From: Synergistaceae bacterium UBA5827
GTDB lineage: Bacteria; Synergistota; Synergistia; Synergistales; 79-D21
Assembly: GCA_002432945.1 (NCBI GenBank)
Contig: DJHE01000019.1
Coordinates: 35,301-99,300, forward strand
Direction of reading: 5' to 3'
Length of the DNA stretch: 64,000 nucleotides
The position numbers and the translations under genes are program-made. Positions 34,718-45,853 of this stretch are shown piece by piece. How positions within the stretch are numbered: the first letter of the stretch is position 1; every line of letters begins with the position of its first letter. Under the pieces are notes generated by a model that worked only from the letters and a program-made list of their open reading frames with translations, was not told the DNA's origin and searched no databases.

Positions 34718-34945
34718 TCATTTATATCTATACACGATCCGACCCCGTGTCAAGTCGTAAGTGGAAAGCTGGATCAGGACCTGGTCCCCGGGCAGGATGC
34801 GGATGAAGTGCATCCTCATTTTCCCCGAGACGTGGGCAAGTATTCGATGCCCGTTTTCCAGCTCCACCCGGAACATGGCATTGGGGAGCGGTTCCACGAC
34901 CCTACCCTTGACTTCGATCACATCATCCTTCGCCATGCGGATCAA
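34718..34945 (-). CDS. infA: translation initiation factor IF-1
   Basis: [29 protein letters not shown]. The TTG at 34945 lies 4 nt after GAGGAGG. The alternative ATG at 34936 would give the usual MAKDD N-terminus. Confidence 0.93.
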   Translation of the reverse strand: MIRMAKDDVIEVKGRVVEPLPNAMFRVELENGHRILAHVSGKMRMHFIRILPGDQVLIQLSTYDLTRGRIVYRYK

Positions 34946-35024
34946 TCGACCTCCTCATTACGGGCCCTTTGCCTGGAAGCGGCAATCCGGTCCAACATGA
35001 TACAGTCCTCTCCCGTCAAGGAGA

Positions 35025-35798
35025 TCAACTCTCCCATGGCGTGAGGATCTCCGATCCGCTTTGGCAAACCAGGACCGTGTGCTCAAAGTGGGCTGCATCG
35101 GAGCGGTCGGCCGTCAAGACAGTCCATCCGTCTTCCCCTGTGACAACATCCTCCCTGCCGGTCATCACCATGGGTTCGATCGCGACAGTCATTCCGCTCT
35201 TCAGGGTGATCCCGCTGCCGGAACGCCCAAAGTTAGGCACTTGAGGAGCCTCGTGAAGTTTCCTGCCAATTCCGTGCCCCGCGTAACTCCTGACTAGCCC
35301 ATATCCTTTCGGGACAAGAAAACTTTCAACAGCGTAACCAATGTCTCCCACGGTCGCCCCCTCACGTACAACCGACACCGCGCGGTGAAGCGACTCAAGG
35401 GCGTTCTCCATGAGGATGCGGCGTTTTTCCGACACCTTGCCAACCCCATATGTACAGGCAGCATCTCCGTAGTATCCCCTGTACTCGACCCCCATGTCAA
35501 AACTGACGATATCCCCTTCTTCCAGGAAGCGCCTGCGGTCGGGAATTCCGTGCACCACCTCTTCGTTGATGGAGATGCAAAGAGTTCCTGGAAAAGACCT
35601 CTTGATACCGGGAACACGGTAACCCTTGAAGGCAGGACGTGCTCCGCATTTGACCACATGGGCGTAAGCTTCTTCATCCAAGGAGTAGGTATCCACCCCT
35701 GGCCTGACCCTGTCGCGGAGGAACCGCAGCACGTCGGCAACGATACGTCCTGCCTGCCGCATGAGGGCAAGTTGTTCTTCGGTTTTCAAGGTGATCAT
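35025..35798 (-). CDS. map: type I methionine aminopeptidase
   Basis: The HGIPD... and YAGHGIG metal-ligand context is present. Start at ATG 35798 forms an ATGA overlap with the adk stop. ORF-track start 35813 is also possible. Confidence 0.92.
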   Translation of the reverse strand: MITLKTEEQLALMRQAGRIVADVLRFLRDRVRPGVDTYSLDEEAYAHVVKCGARPAFKGYRVPGIKRSFPGTLCISINEEVVHGIPDRRRFLEEGDIVSFDMGVEYRGYYGDAACTYGVGKVSEKRRILMENALESLHRAVSVVREGATVGDIGYAVESFLVPKGYGLVRSYAGHGIGRKLHEAPQVPNFGRSGSGITLKSGMTVAIEPMVMTGREDVVTGEDGWTVLTADRSDAAHFEHTVLVCQSGSEILTPWES

Positions 35799-36448
35799 TC
35801 GGACCTTCCCCAAGGGGCGGCCAGGATGGTTTTCAGGACTTCGTCACTTGATTTTTCCGCTTCCACTTCGACAAGAAGTTCCCTCTCCTTGTAGAAGTCG
35901 ATAAGCGGGGCGGTCTGGGAATGGTAGACTTCAAGACGTTTCCTGATGACTTCCTCCCGGTCGTCCTCCCTTTGGAAAAGTTCCCCCCCGCAAAACTGGC
36001 AATGCTCTCCCTGTGAGCTAGGGTTAAAGCGCACGTGGTAAATGGCTCCGCACTTGCGACATCCCCTTCGACCCGAAAGCCGTTCGATCACGATTTCATC
36101 GGAGACTTCGAAGAGGACCACTGCATCGAGATCCATCTCCAGTTCTCCAAGCATCTTCTCAAGGGCTTCGGCCTGGGAGACGGTCCGCGGGAAACCGTCC
36201 AGGATAAATCCTGTTGCACAATCCCCCGCGCCGAGCCGATGTTTCATCATTTCGACAATCAGCGCATCCGGCACGAGCTTTCCCGAATCCATATACCCCT
36301 TTGCCTGCAATCCGAGATTCGTACCCTTGGCAACGTTCTCCCTCAGGATATCTCCGGTGGAGATGTGGGCCACCCGGACCTTCTCAAGCAGTTTTGCAGC
36401 CTGAGTCCCTTTCCCCGACCCGGGGGGACCCAAAAAGATAAGACGCAT
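35795..36448 (-). CDS. adk: adenylate kinase (Zn-lid form)
   Basis: MRLIFLGPPGSGKGTQ. The lid has CRKCG...CQFCGG. Start at ATG 36448. An alternative GTG at 36463 overlaps the secY stop. Confidence 0.93.
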   Translation of the reverse strand: MRLIFLGPPGSGKGTQAAKLLEKVRVAHISTGDILRENVAKGTNLGLQAKGYMDSGKLVPDALIVEMMKHRLGAGDCATGFILDGFPRTVSQAEALEKMLGELEMDLDAVVLFEVSDEIVIERLSGRRGCRKCGAIYHVRFNPSSQGEHCQFCGGELFQREDDREEVIRKRLEVYHSQTAPLIDFYKERELLVEVEAEKSSDEVLKTILAAPWGRSE

Positions 36449-36459
36449 GGCGTTCTGCC

Positions 36460-37749
36460 TCACATCTTGAACAGGCCGGCCCGGTCCCGCCGTTTCAGGA
36501 TGCCCTCGTAATGACGCATGAGAAGCTGCCCCTCTATCTGCTGGACCGTGTCAAGAGCCACACCCACGACAATAAGGATAGCCGTGCCGCCGAAATAGAA
36601 CGTATTGATGCCCATGACTTGCGTCATCAGCGTAGGCAATAAGGCGATCAGGGAGAGGAATATGGCACCGGCAAGCGTGATCCGGGTCATGACCCTCTCG
36701 ATGTAGTCGGACGTAGGTTTTCCCGGGCGTATTCCCAGGATGAACCCGCCATACTTCTTCATGTTGTTCGCAACGTCTACCGGATTGAAGACAACAGCCG
36801 TGTAGAAGTAGGCGAAGAAAATGATCAGCGCTACGTAAAGCACGGTGTAGATAAGGCTGCTGGGCGAAAAAGCCCTCTGTATAAACGCCCCAACGCCTCC
36901 CGGGAAGAACCGGGCAATCGTATACGGCAAAAGTAGAACCGACGAGGCGAAAATGATCGGGATAACTCCCGACTGATTGACCCTCAGGGGAATGAATGTG
37001 CTCTGCCCGCCGTAGACCTTGTTACCCACCACCCGTTTTGCATACTGCACGGGCAACCGTCTCTGCCCCTCTTGAAGGAGGATGCAGCCTGCAACGACCG
37101 CGACCATCAAAACAAGTGCAATGAGAAGGGCTAGGAAATTCATCTGCCCGGAGCTGACACTCGTCCAGGTCTGGATAATGGCCTCGGGAATCCTCGCAAC
37201 GATGCCCGCGAAAATCAAGAGACTGATGCCGTTTCCGATGCCGTGGTCCGAGATCACCTCGCCAAGCCACATCACCGCCACGGAACCTGTGGTTATGGTT
37301 GCAACGACAAGGGCAAGGTCCCAAGGAGTCCCCGAAAAGATTCCAAGCCCCCGGAGCCAGAAGGAGAGCCCGAGCGCCTGCACGGCAGCAAAACCGACCG
37401 TACTCCAGCGGGTATAGGCCACAATCTTCTTGCGGCCCTCCTCGCCTTCCTTCTGGAGTTTCTCCAGGGCGGGGAACACCACCACGAGAAGCTGCATGAC
37501 GATGCTCGCGTTGATGTAAGGACCGACACCAAGGGCAAACACGCTGAAACGACGGAGCGCTCCGCCTGCAAACAGATCAAGGAAACCAAGAACCCCGCCC
37601 TGCTCAAACAGCCTCGACATTGCGGTCCCATCAATTCCCGGCGTCGGGATATGGGCACCGAGGCGAAAAACAAAAAGAACGCCAAGGGTAAAGAGTATCC
37701 GACGCTTCAGGTCAGGCAACCGCATCGCGTTGCGGACGGAGTCGAGCAC
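36460..37749 (-). CDS. secY: preprotein translocase subunit SecY
   Basis: 429 aa, polytopic, LKRRILFTLGVLFVFRLGAHIPTPGID. Position between rplO and adk. Confidence 0.97.
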   Translation of the reverse strand: MLDSVRNAMRLPDLKRRILFTLGVLFVFRLGAHIPTPGIDGTAMSRLFEQGGVLGFLDLFAGGALRRFSVFALGVGPYINASIVMQLLVVVFPALEKLQKEGEEGRKKIVAYTRWSTVGFAAVQALGLSFWLRGLGIFSGTPWDLALVVATITTGSVAVMWLGEVISDHGIGNGISLLIFAGIVARIPEAIIQTWTSVSSGQMNFLALLIALVLMVAVVAGCILLQEGQRRLPVQYAKRVVGNKVYGGQSTFIPLRVNQSGVIPIIFASSVLLLPYTIARFFPGGVGAFIQRAFSPSSLIYTVLYVALIIFFAYFYTAVVFNPVDVANNMKKYGGFILGIRPGKPTSDYIERVMTRITLAGAIFLSLIALLPTLMTQVMGINTFYFGGTAILIVVGVALDTVQQIEGQLLMRHYEGILKRRDRAGLFKM

Positions 37750-38196
37750 CTAGATCACCTCTGCCTTTCCGCCCGCTGCAGCAATCTTCTCGACGGCCTT
37801 GGCACTGAATGCGTTGGCCTTGACATTGAGGGCCTTCGTTAGTTCCCCCGTCGCCAGGATCTTAACGCCATGCAGGTTCCCATGGATCAGGCCCACTGAG
37901 AGGAGCTCGATTGCCGTAATCTCTGCTCCGGCTTCAAAGCGCTCTTCGAGTGACTTGAGGTTGACCACTTCATAATTGATAGCGTGGCGGGCGTTGTTGA
38001 ATCCTCGCTTGGGAACCCGCCTCTGGATGGGCATCTGGCCGCCCTCGAAGCCACGGCTCACGCCGCCTCCTGCCCGGGCTTTCTGCCCCTTGTGACCTTT
38101 TCCAGCTGTTTTTCCTGTGCCGCTACCGACTCCACATCCGAGCCTCTTGGGCTTCCGGCGGGATCCCGGGGCGGGACTGAGATCATGCAGGTGCAT
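37750..38196 (-). CDS. rplO: 50S ribosomal protein L15
   Basis: [36 protein letters not shown]. Confidence 0.97.
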   Translation of the reverse strand: MHLHDLSPAPGSRRKPKRLGCGVGSGTGKTAGKGHKGQKARAGGGVSRGFEGGQMPIQRRVPKRGFNNARHAINYEVVNLKSLEERFEAGAEITAIELLSVGLIHGNLHGVKILATGELTKALNVKANAFSAKAVEKIAAAGGKAEVI

Positions 38197-38208
38197 GGGA
38201 TCTCCCTC

Positions 38209-38394
38209 CTATTTCTCGATGGCTTCCCAGTCGACCAAATGATGGACTGCCGCGATCATTCCCCGGATCTGGGGAGTATCTTCCATCTCGACCGTGTCGT
38301 TAAGCTTTCGGAATCCAAAAGCCCGGATTGTCCGCTCCTGCTTGTCGGGGCGTCCGATACAGCTACGCTTCCATGTGATTTTCAGCCTTGCCAT
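38209..38394 (-). CDS. rpmD: 50S ribosomal protein L30
   Basis: 61 aa, MARLKITWKRSCIGRPDKQERTIRAFGF. Confidence 0.95.
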   Translation of the reverse strand: MARLKITWKRSCIGRPDKQERTIRAFGFRKLNDTVEMEDTPQIRGMIAAVHHLVDWEAIEK

Positions 38395-38406
38395 AACGCC
38401 GCCCCC

Positions 38407-38919
38407 CTATGCCGCCTGAACCGGCTTGCGATCCTTGCCGCGCAGGCGAAGGGTCTCCTCGGGAGTCCTCATGCTCCTCAGCGCTTCAAAGGTCGCGTAG
38501 GCAACGTTGATCGGGTTCGATGTCCTGCCGATGACTTTCGTCAGGACATCCTTCACTCCACCGAGTTCCATGATGGCTCGTACCACCGCTCCCGCGATAA
38601 CACCCGTCCCTGGAGCAGCGGGCTTGAGGAGAACTTCTGCCGCGCCGAAATGGCCGATTGTGGGATGAGCCACCGTGTTTCCAACCTTTTTCAGCGTCAC
38701 CATGCTTTTCTTTGCCTTTTCGATACCCTTCCGCACGGCTTCGGGAATCTCTCTTGCCTTGCCCATCCCCATGCCGACCTGTCCATTGCCGTCACCGGCA
38801 ACGACGAGCACGCTGAATTTAAACCGCTTGCCGCCCTTGACCACCTTGCTGACGCGCTTGATGGAAACAACACGCTCGGTCAGTTCGGTCTCGGTCCCTT
38901 TTTGCATCCTGGCTGCCAT
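38407..38919 (-). CDS. rpsE: 30S ribosomal protein S5
   Basis: [29 protein letters not shown]. Confidence 0.97.
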   Translation of the reverse strand: MAARMQKGTETELTERVVSIKRVSKVVKGGKRFKFSVLVVAGDGNGQVGMGMGKAREIPEAVRKGIEKAKKSMVTLKKVGNTVAHPTIGHFGAAEVLLKPAAPGTGVIAGAVVRAIMELGGVKDVLTKVIGRTSNPINVAYATFEALRSMRTPEETLRLRGKDRKPVQAA

Positions 38920-38932
38920 TGGCCATTCCCCC

Positions 38933-39301
38933 CTAGAACTTCAGCCCGGCTTCGCGGGCGGAATCGGCCAAGGCCTTCACCCGACCGTGGAACATGTGCC
39001 CGCCCCGGTCGAACACGACAGCCTGGATTCCCTTTTCCAGGGCTCGCTCCGCAACCAGCTTGCCGATAAACTTCGCCGCCTCGATGTTTCCGGTTCCCTT
39101 GAGCTGCTCTGCAACGGCCTTTTCACGGGTGGACACCGCAACAAGGGTCGTCCCTTTTACATCGTCAATGACCTGGGCATAGGTGTGCTTCAGGCTCCGG
39201 AAAACTGAAAGCCTTGGAGCTTCGGCGGTCCCCGAGAGTTTTTGCCGGAGACGCAAGTGACGGATTAGTCTCATTTCATTTCGGCTTCGTTTTTTAATCA
39301 T
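38933..39301 (-). CDS. rplR: 50S ribosomal protein L18
   Basis: [19 protein letters not shown]...[18 protein letters not shown]. Confidence 0.97.
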   Translation of the reverse strand: MIKKRSRNEMRLIRHLRLRQKLSGTAEAPRLSVFRSLKHTYAQVIDDVKGTTLVAVSTREKAVAEQLKGTGNIEAAKFIGKLVAERALEKGIQAVVFDRGGHMFHGRVKALADSAREAGLKF

Positions 39302-39316
39302 GCTCTTTCACCTCGA

Positions 39317-39859
39317 CTACTTCTTCGATCCAGCCTTGCCGGCCTTACGAATGATGAACTCTCCCGCATAGCGGATCCCCTTGCCCTTGTAGGGCTCAGG
39401 CGGACGGTAACCGCGGATGTTGGCCGCGAGCTGTCCCACAACCTGCTTGTCGGCACCCTTGATGAGGATTTTCGTCGGGCCATCCGTCAGTATCTCGACT
39501 CCCGCAGGCGGTTCAACCTGGATCGGGTGGGAATACCCAAGGCTCAATACCAGGGTTTTCCCTTGCATCTGGGCCCTGTAGCCGACCCCGACGATCTCGA
39601 GTTGCCGCTGGAAACCTTCGCTGACTCCCACGACCATGTTGTTCAGCAGGGCACGCGTCATTCCATGGAATGCCCTGGACTTGATTTCATCGTCCTTGCG
39701 GGTAACGACAATCTGCCCCTCCTCGAGGGACACATCCACGCACGGAAGAAGATCGAGTGAAAGTTCGCCCCTCGGGCCCTTTACCTTGACGTGACGCTCT
39801 TCCACGGAAACCTGGACATCCTTGGAGAGCGGAATGCTTTTCCTTCCAATTCGTGACAA
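39317..39859 (-). CDS. rplF: 50S ribosomal protein L6
   Basis: MSRIGRKSIPLSKDVQVSVE...GVGYRA...PEPYKGKGIRY. Confidence 0.97.
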   Translation of the reverse strand: MSRIGRKSIPLSKDVQVSVEERHVKVKGPRGELSLDLLPCVDVSLEEGQIVVTRKDDEIKSRAFHGMTRALLNNMVVGVSEGFQRQLEIVGVGYRAQMQGKTLVLSLGYSHPIQVEPPAGVEILTDGPTKILIKGADKQVVGQLAANIRGYRPPEPYKGKGIRYAGEFIIRKAGKAGSKK

Positions 39860-39874
39860 GGACTACACCCCCCA

Positions 39875-40279
39875 CTACCAGACGTAGCAGATGACTTCGC
39901 CCCCCAGGCCGTTGAAACGGGCCGTGGCATCCGTCATCAATCCCTGTGAGGTGGAAATGATGGCCACTCCGAGCCCTCCCATGACCTTGGGCAGATCGCT
40001 TCTGCCTACGTAAATTCGACGACCGGGCTTGCTGATTCTCCGCAGCCCCTGGATAACGCGTTCCCGGTTCGGTCCATAGTTCAGCATCAGCCTGAGCATG
40101 GAAACAGGCTTCTTTGCATCATTAAGGACCTTGAAATTGCGAATATATCCCTCTTCCTTGAGGATCTTGGCAACCTCAAGCTTCATTTTGCTCATAGGGA
40201 TATCAACGGTCTCCTGGAAAACCATGTTCGCATTCCGGATGCGCGTGAGCATATCCGCTATGGGATCGGTCACGTACAT
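39875..40279 (-). CDS. rpsH: 30S ribosomal protein S8
   Basis: [17 protein letters not shown]...GGEVICYVW. Confidence 0.97.
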   Translation of the reverse strand: MYVTDPIADMLTRIRNANMVFQETVDIPMSKMKLEVAKILKEEGYIRNFKVLNDAKKPVSMLRLMLNYGPNRERVIQGLRRISKPGRRIYVGRSDLPKVMGGLGVAIISTSQGLMTDATARFNGLGGEVICYVW

Positions 40280-40306
40280 TTCCCCTGCCTCCTTCTGACC
40301 TTGCGG

Positions 40307-40492
40307 CTACCAGCTCGACTTGACCACGCCGGGGATTTTCCCCTCGCGGGCCAGCTTGCGGAAGCAGCAGCGGCACATGTTGAATTTGCGCAGCACGGAA
40401 TGGACGCGCCCACATAGGGGGCAACGGTTATACTTCCGCACCTTGAATTTCGGTTCCCTCTTCGCCTTGACTTCAAGGGCCGTTCTCGACAT
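40307..40492 (-). CDS. rpsN: 30S ribosomal protein S14, type Z (zinc-binding, 61 aa)
   Basis: YNRCPLCGR...[23 protein letters not shown]. Confidence 0.96.
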   Translation of the reverse strand: MSRTALEVKAKREPKFKVRKYNRCPLCGRVHSVLRKFNMCRCCFRKLAREGKIPGVVKSSW

Positions 40493-40506
40493 CTCGACTT
40501 ACCCCC

Positions 40507-41049
40507 TTAACGGCTGAAGGGCATACCCAGCTCCTTGAGAAGGAGGTAGGCCTCTTCGTCGTTCTTCGCCGTGGTGACGATGCTGATGTTCATTCCTCGC
40601 ACGCGGATGACCTTGTCGTAATCGATCTCGGGAAAAATGAGCTGTTCCTTGAGACCGAGATTGAAATTCCCACGGCCATCAAATCCTTTTCGGGATACTC
40701 CCTGGAAATCCTTGATCCTGGGCAGGGCTAGCGAAAGCAACCTGTCAAGGAATTCCCATTTTCTCGTTCCCCGAAGGGTGACGGCGCATGCGACGGGCAT
40801 ACCTTCGCGGAGCTTGAAACCCGCGACAGATTTTTTCGCCCTTTTTAGTACGGGACGTTGCCCCGTGATCTGGGTCAACTCGTTGATCGATGCATCCATG
40901 TACTTGATGTCGACCTTTGCCTCGCCGACCCCGATGTTGACCACAACCTTTTCGATGCGCGGGGCCTCCATGACATTCCTGAAGGCGAATTCCTTCATCA
41001 GGCGCGGGATGACCTCTTCCTTGTACTTTGTCTGTAAGCGCGGAACCAT
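40507..41049 (-). CDS. rplE: 50S ribosomal protein L5
   Basis: [21 protein letters not shown]... Start at ATG 41049 after GGAGGAGG. The ORF-track start at 41139 would overlap rplX. Confidence 0.96.
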   Translation of the reverse strand: MVPRLQTKYKEEVIPRLMKEFAFRNVMEAPRIEKVVVNIGVGEAKVDIKYMDASINELTQITGQRPVLKRAKKSVAGFKLREGMPVACAVTLRGTRKWEFLDRLLSLALPRIKDFQGVSRKGFDGRGNFNLGLKEQLIFPEIDYDKVIRVRGMNISIVTTAKNDEEAYLLLKELGMPFSR

Positions 41050-41068
41050 GGCTAAAGAAGCCTCCTCC

Positions 41069-41395
41069 CTACACCTTATCCACGATTTCCCCGCACTTTT
41101 TGCAGAGGCGCACCTTGCGTCCGTCATCCATGAAGGCACGGGCGACTCGGGTGGGCTTGCCGCAGGCGGGGCAAACGAGCATGGCTTTTGCTGCGTAAAA
41201 CGGCGTTTCCTGCTTTACGATCCCGCCCTTGGGGCTCTTCTGGGTGGGACGAACGTGCTTCGTCGCCAGGTTGACGCCTTCCACGACGATCATGTCCTTT
41301 TTGGGAATGTGGCGAAGGACCTTGCCTTCTTTCCCTGCGTCTTTTCCAGACAGGACGTGGACGCGGTCACCTTTCTTGATTCTCATCTTTCCCAT
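41069..41395 (-). CDS. rplX: 50S ribosomal protein L24 (CxxC...CxxC zinc-ribbon form)
   Basis: [21 protein letters not shown]. The C-terminal [10 protein letters not shown]...CKKCG resembles the Cys-containing L24 of Thermus as I recall it. Confidence 0.96.
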   Translation of the reverse strand: MGKMRIKKGDRVHVLSGKDAGKEGKVLRHIPKKDMIVVEGVNLATKHVRPTQKSPKGGIVKQETPFYAAKAMLVCPACGKPTRVARAFMDDGRKVRLCKKCGEIVDKV

Positions 41396-41407
41396 GACAA
41401 AAGCCTC

Positions 41408-41776
41408 CTACACGACCTCAGGGGCAAGCGAGACGATACGCATGTATTTCTTCTCGCGAAGCTCCCTGGCAACGGGGCCGAAGATGCGGGTTCCTTTTGG
41501 ATCGCCGTTGTTGTCGATGATCACGGCCGCATTGTCGTCGAAGCGAACGTATGAACCGTCTTTACGCCGGATTTCCTTGCTTGTCCTGACGATTACCGCC
41601 TTGACCACTTGGCCCTTCCCGATGTTGCTATTGGGAATGGCTTCCCTTACGGAGGCGACGATCACATCGCCGATCGAGCCGACAAAACGCTGGCTCCCCC
41701 CTACGACATGGACGCACATGATCTTCTTTGCCCCGGAATTATCGGCTACGTTCAGGACCGTCCTTAGCTGGATCAT
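41408..41776 (-). CDS. rplN: 50S ribosomal protein L14
   Basis: [22 protein letters not shown]. Confidence 0.98.
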   Translation of the reverse strand: MIQLRTVLNVADNSGAKKIMCVHVVGGSQRFVGSIGDVIVASVREAIPNSNIGKGQVVKAVIVRTSKEIRRKDGSYVRFDDNAAVIIDNNGDPKGTRIFGPVARELREKKYMRIVSLAPEVV

Positions 41777-41779
41777 CCC

Positions 41780-42073
41780 TTACGCCTCCTCGCCGCCGGC
41801 CTCTACACCCAGAATCGGGGCACGGCGAAGGACTTCCTTCAGCGTCCAGTGCTTGTGGGCGCTTAGGGGGCGCGTCTCCTCGATGAGGACCTGGTCACCT
41901 ATCCGGCAGGTGTTCTCTTCGTCGTGAGCCATGTACTTCTTGAACTTCAGGACCGGCTTACCGTACAGGGCGTGCTTGGCCATCCGGTCCACACGGACGA
42001 CGATTGTCTTTTGCATTTTATTGCTGACAACCGTTCCGATCCGTGTCTTCCGATGAGGGGTTCTCTCCTCCAT
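41780..42073 (-). CDS. rpsQ: 30S ribosomal protein S17
   Basis: [18 protein letters not shown]...[25 protein letters not shown]. Confidence 0.96.
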   Translation of the reverse strand: MEERTPHRKTRIGTVVSNKMQKTIVVRVDRMAKHALYGKPVLKFKKYMAHDEENTCRIGDQVLIEETRPLSAHKHWTLKEVLRRAPILGVEAGGEEA

Positions 42074-42079
42074 CGTCCG

Positions 42080-42295
42080 TTACCTCCTTGCGGTCGCGCG
42101 ATCCACGGCAACTTCCTTCTCACGCTTGACCGTGAGAATCCGTGCGATGGTCCGCTTGACTTCCGAAATTCGACTGTGGTTCCCCTGCTGTCCAATTGCG
42201 CTCTGGAAGCGCAGGTTAAAAAGTTCTTCCTTGAACTGGCGGTGCTTGTCGTTCAACTCTTCGATTGTGAGGTCCCTGTAATCCTTGGCTTTCAT
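42080..42295 (-). CDS. rpmC: 50S ribosomal protein L29
   Basis: LTIEELNDKHRQFKEELFNLRFQ. Confidence 0.95.
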   Translation of the reverse strand: MKAKDYRDLTIEELNDKHRQFKEELFNLRFQSAIGQQGNHSRISEVKRTIARILTVKREKEVAVDRATARR

Positions 42296-42298
42296 GTT

Positions 42299-42721
42299 CT
42301 ATTCACCACCCAGTCCCTCTCGGGCAACAAACCGGACCTTGATCGGGAGTTTGTGACCAGCCGTGAGGAAAGCCTCTTCGGCAACCTCCCGAGTGACACC
42401 GGCTACCTCAAACATGATCCGGCCCCGCTTAACCGGGGCGACCCAGAACTCCGGGCTTCCCTTCCCCTTGCCCATACGGGTTTCCAGGGGTTTCTTCGTG
42501 AAGGGGCGATCGGGGAAGATACGGATCCAGATCTTGCCGCCCTTCTTCATCTTGCGGGAGATCGCAACACGAGCGGCTTCGATCTGTCTTGCCGTGATCC
42601 AGGCGCAATCCAGCGCCTGCATCCCGAAATCGCCAAAATCGACCTCGGTGGCTCCCTTTGCTCGGCCACTCAGGGGCCTGCGAAATGGCTTCCTGTATTT
42701 GACGCGGCTAGGCATAAGCAT
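42299..42721 (-). CDS. rplP: 50S ribosomal protein L16
   Basis: [13 protein letters not shown]...[24 protein letters not shown]. Confidence 0.97.
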   Translation of the reverse strand: MLMPSRVKYRKPFRRPLSGRAKGATEVDFGDFGMQALDCAWITARQIEAARVAISRKMKKGGKIWIRIFPDRPFTKKPLETRMGKGKGSPEFWVAPVKRGRIMFEVAGVTREVAEEAFLTAGHKLPIKVRFVAREGLGGE

Positions 42722-42727
42722 GGTGCG

Positions 42728-43405
42728 TTAACCCCTTTCCTTTGCGCCCTCTTTGGCCGTCTTCCGGGGCCGGTAGGCGGCATCGCCACGGTAAACCCAC
42801 ACCTTGACGCCAATAACCCCGTAAATCGTCCGGGCTTCGGCAAATCCGTAATCGATATCGGCCCTGAGAGTGGAGAGCGGAAGCTGTCCTTCAAGGTACC
42901 ATTCGGTCCGGGCGATTTCAGCTCCGCCGAGGCGGCCGCCGCACTGCACCTTGATCCCCTTGGCACCTGACTTCATGGCGCGGAAAATCGCCTTCTTCAT
43001 GGCACGCCTGAAACTCACCCTCATTTCAAGCGAAGAGGCCACGCTCTCGGCAAGGAGGAATGCCTCCATGTCTGGATTCTTGATCTCCTGGACGTTGATC
43101 ATGGCCCGGAGACCCGTCTTGGCCTGCAGTTCCTCACGGACCTTCTGGATCTCGGTGCCGCCTTTTCCGATCACTACCCCAGGCCGGGCGGTCGAAATCG
43201 TGAACGCGATTACGTTGCCGATGCGCTCGATTTCAACCTTTGAAACCCCTGCGCCCTTCCAGCGGTTGATAAGCCACTGTCTCAGCTCAAGGTCCTGGTG
43301 AAGGTTCTTCGCGTAATTCCTACCGCTGGCGTACCACTTGGATTCCCAATCGCGGATGATGCCCAGCCGCATCCCCACGGGATGAACTTTCTGACCCACG
43401 GTCAC
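42728..43405 (-). CDS. rpsC: 30S ribosomal protein S3
   Basis: GQKVHPVGMRLGIIRDWESKW...KH domain...GRLGGAEIAR. Confidence 0.97.
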   Translation of the reverse strand: MTVGQKVHPVGMRLGIIRDWESKWYASGRNYAKNLHQDLELRQWLINRWKGAGVSKVEIERIGNVIAFTISTARPGVVIGKGGTEIQKVREELQAKTGLRAMINVQEIKNPDMEAFLLAESVASSLEMRVSFRRAMKKAIFRAMKSGAKGIKVQCGGRLGGAEIARTEWYLEGQLPLSTLRADIDYGFAEARTIYGVIGVKVWVYRGDAAYRPRKTAKEGAKERG

Positions 43406-43411
43406 CCCTCC

Positions 43412-43744
43412 TTAGCGTTCCGAGACCACGATGGTCAAGTGGCTGGACGTCCGCTTGAACGGATGAGCCCGGCCCATCGAGACGGGGCGGAACCGCTTCA
43501 TAGCCGTTCCCCTGTCGGCAAAAGCTTCAGAAACGACGAGCTTATCAACGTCCAAGCCGTAATTGTTGTCTGCATTGGCCAAGGCGCTCTTCAAGGCTTT
43601 CTCGACGTAGCGGGCCGCCTTCTTGGGGGTGAATTTCAGGATCGCCAGGGCGTCACCGGCCTTCTTGCCACGGATCAGGCTGAGAACCTGGCGAAGCTTG
43701 GTCGGGGAAATATGCAGTCCCTTGGATATCGCTTTCGCTTCCAT
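43412..43744 (-). CDS. rplV: 50S ribosomal protein L22
   Basis: ISPTKLRQVLSLIRGKKAGDALAILKFTPKKAA. Confidence 0.96.
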   Translation of the reverse strand: MEAKAISKGLHISPTKLRQVLSLIRGKKAGDALAILKFTPKKAARYVEKALKSALANADNNYGLDVDKLVVSEAFADRGTAMKRFRPVSMGRAHPFKRTSSHLTIVVSER

Positions 43745-43759
43745 GTCTTCCTCAACCCC

Positions 43760-44041
43760 CTACTTCACGCCGGAAGAGCGTTCCTGCCCGGCATGCCCGC
43801 CAAACTTGCGGGTCGGCGCAAACTCTCCGAGCTTGTGTCCGATCATGTTTTCCGTGATGAACACGGGAATGTGCGTGCGGCCGTTATGAACCGCGATGGT
43901 GTGTCCGATCATGGCGGGCACGATCGTCGAGCGCCTCGACCAGGTCTTGATGACCGCCTTCTTCGATGCATCGTTCATCAGTTCTACCCGGTGGAGGAGC
44001 TTGAGTTCAATAAAAGGACCTTTCTTCGCGGACCTTGCCAT
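43760..44041 (-). CDS. rpsS: 30S ribosomal protein S19
   Basis: [11 protein letters not shown]...[30 protein letters not shown]. Confidence 0.97.
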   Translation of the reverse strand: MARSAKKGPFIELKLLHRVELMNDASKKAVIKTWSRRSTIVPAMIGHTIAVHNGRTHIPVFITENMIGHKLGEFAPTRKFGGHAGQERSSGVK

Positions 44042-44060
44042 GTCCTTCCCTCCTCAACCC

Positions 44061-44888
44061 TTACTTCGCGTACCGACGCCGGACGATCATCTTGTCGGAC
44101 GGCTTCGACTTGCGGGTTCTGAAACCCTTCGCTGGGGTTCCCCAGGGGGAGACAGGATGCTTGTTGGACTTGCTGCAGCCTTCACCGCCACCCATGGGGT
44201 GGTCCACTGGGTTCATGACCATCCCGCGAACCTTCGGCCGGCGGCCAAGCCAACGGACCTTGCCTGCCTTCCCGTCAACGACGTTCTCGTGTTCCTCGTT
44301 GCCAACCTGCCCAATGGTAGCCATGCACTGCTGGAGGACAAGGCGCAGTTCTCCACTCGGCATCCTGATGTAGGCATACTTGCCTTCTTTCGCCATCAGC
44401 TGGGCACTTGCCCCGGCAGACCTGACCATGACACCGCCCCTGCCGGGCTCCAGTTCGATATTGTGCACGACGGTCCCGACCGGGATATCCATCATCTTTA
44501 GCGCGTTCCCGGGCTTGATGTCGGAGCCGGGACCAGCCATTATCTGGGTGCCGACCACGAGACCGGACGGTGCCAGTATGTATCGTTTCTCGCCGTCTGC
44601 GTAATTGATCAGGGCGATCCGGGCTGAACGGTTCGGATCGTATTCGATCGTCGCCACTTTCCCCGGGATACCGATCTTATCGCGCTTGAAGTCGATTTTC
44701 CGGTATTGGCGCTTGTTCCCGCCGCCCCGGTGCCGCATCGTCACGCGACCCGTGTTGTTCCGGCCTGCGGTCCTCTTCAGGGGCTCAAGCAGGCTCTTTT
44801 CGGGCTCCGTAGAAGTAATTTCCTTGTAGTCCGCATTCGCCATGGTTCGGCGACTTGGTGTATAGGGCTTGAATTTTTTCATCGCCAT
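44061..44888 (-). CDS. rplB: 50S ribosomal protein L2
   Basis: [11 protein letters not shown]...[13 protein letters not shown]...[12 protein letters not shown]. Confidence 0.98.
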   Translation of the reverse strand: MAMKKFKPYTPSRRTMANADYKEITSTEPEKSLLEPLKRTAGRNNTGRVTMRHRGGGNKRQYRKIDFKRDKIGIPGKVATIEYDPNRSARIALINYADGEKRYILAPSGLVVGTQIMAGPGSDIKPGNALKMMDIPVGTVVHNIELEPGRGGVMVRSAGASAQLMAKEGKYAYIRMPSGELRLVLQQCMATIGQVGNEEHENVVDGKAGKVRWLGRRPKVRGMVMNPVDHPMGGGEGCSKSNKHPVSPWGTPAKGFRTRKSKPSDKMIVRRRYAK

Positions 44889-44908
44889 GTTCGTTCTCCT
44901 CCTGCGCC

Positions 44909-45205
44909 TTACGCGCTCGCGCCTTCAAAGAACTTGATGCGCTCACCCGCGGCGAGGGTTACGATGGCCTTTTTCCACGAGCGGGAGCGTCCCAAAAATG
45001 CGCCCAGGCGCTTCGGCTTCGAGCGGACCTTGACCGTATTGACGCTTTCGACCTTCACCTTGAAGACTTCCTCTACCGCCTGGCGGATGACAACCTTGTT
45101 CGCTTTCGGGTGAACCTCGAAGACGTACTTGTTGCTCTCCATCTGGCGATTCGACTTCTCCGTGATGATCGGCCGGATTATCACATCATGAGAAACGAGG
45201 TTCAT
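44909..45205 (-). CDS. rplW: 50S ribosomal protein L23
   Basis: [12 protein letters not shown]...[22 protein letters not shown]. Confidence 0.96.
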   Translation of the reverse strand: MNLVSHDVIIRPIITEKSNRQMESNKYVFEVHPKANKVVIRQAVEEVFKVKVESVNTVKVRSKPKRLGAFLGRSRSWKKAIVTLAAGERIKFFEGASA

Positions 45206-45828
45206 CGGCCGTACACCTCCTGCAACTTCTGGGCGGACTCGGCCGTCATGATCAGGTGTTCGTGGTTCAGGATGTCATAGACATTGATGCTGTCCACGTG
45301 AATCACCTTGGCCCCGGGAATGTTCGCCGCAGAGCGGTAAACGTTTTCGTTCGACTCATGGATGACCATGAGGGGCTTTCGCGTTGCTTCGACCTTGCCA
45401 AGGAAGGCCAGCATGGCCTTCGTCTTCGGGGATTCCAGGCTTACGCTCTCCAGGACCAGCATGCGATCCTCGGTCGCTTTTAGGGAAAGTGCACTCCGCA
45501 TGGCCAACTGGCGAACCTTCCGATTCACTTTCTGGGTGTAGTCGCGCGGTTTTGGCCCATGAGCGACTCCTCCCTTTAGCCAAAGAGGCGAACGGGTGCT
45601 TCCTGCCCTGGCACGGCCCGTGTGCTTCTGCCTGAAGGGTTTGCGCCCTCCGCCGCTCACGTCTGCACGGGTCTTGGTGCAGGCCGTTCCCTGCCTGGCA
45701 TTCGCCAGCTGGGCCACGACGACCTGGTGCATCGCGGGGACGTGAATGGGCGCTCCGAAAACGGCGTCGGAAAGTTCGAGGCTTCCTACGACTTCGCCCT
45801 GAAAATTGATCAACTTAATGGTAGGCAT
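45202..45828 (-). CDS. rplD: 50S ribosomal protein L4
   Basis: QGTACTKTRADVSGGGRKPFRQKHTGRARAGSTRSPLW. Confidence 0.97.
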   Translation of the reverse strand: MPTIKLINFQGEVVGSLELSDAVFGAPIHVPAMHQVVVAQLANARQGTACTKTRADVSGGGRKPFRQKHTGRARAGSTRSPLWLKGGVAHGPKPRDYTQKVNRKVRQLAMRSALSLKATEDRMLVLESVSLESPKTKAMLAFLGKVEATRKPLMVIHESNENVYRSAANIPGAKVIHVDSINVYDILNHEHLIMTAESAQKLQEVYGR

Positions 45829-45853
45829 GGTCTTCTTGCCCTCCTTCCGCCGC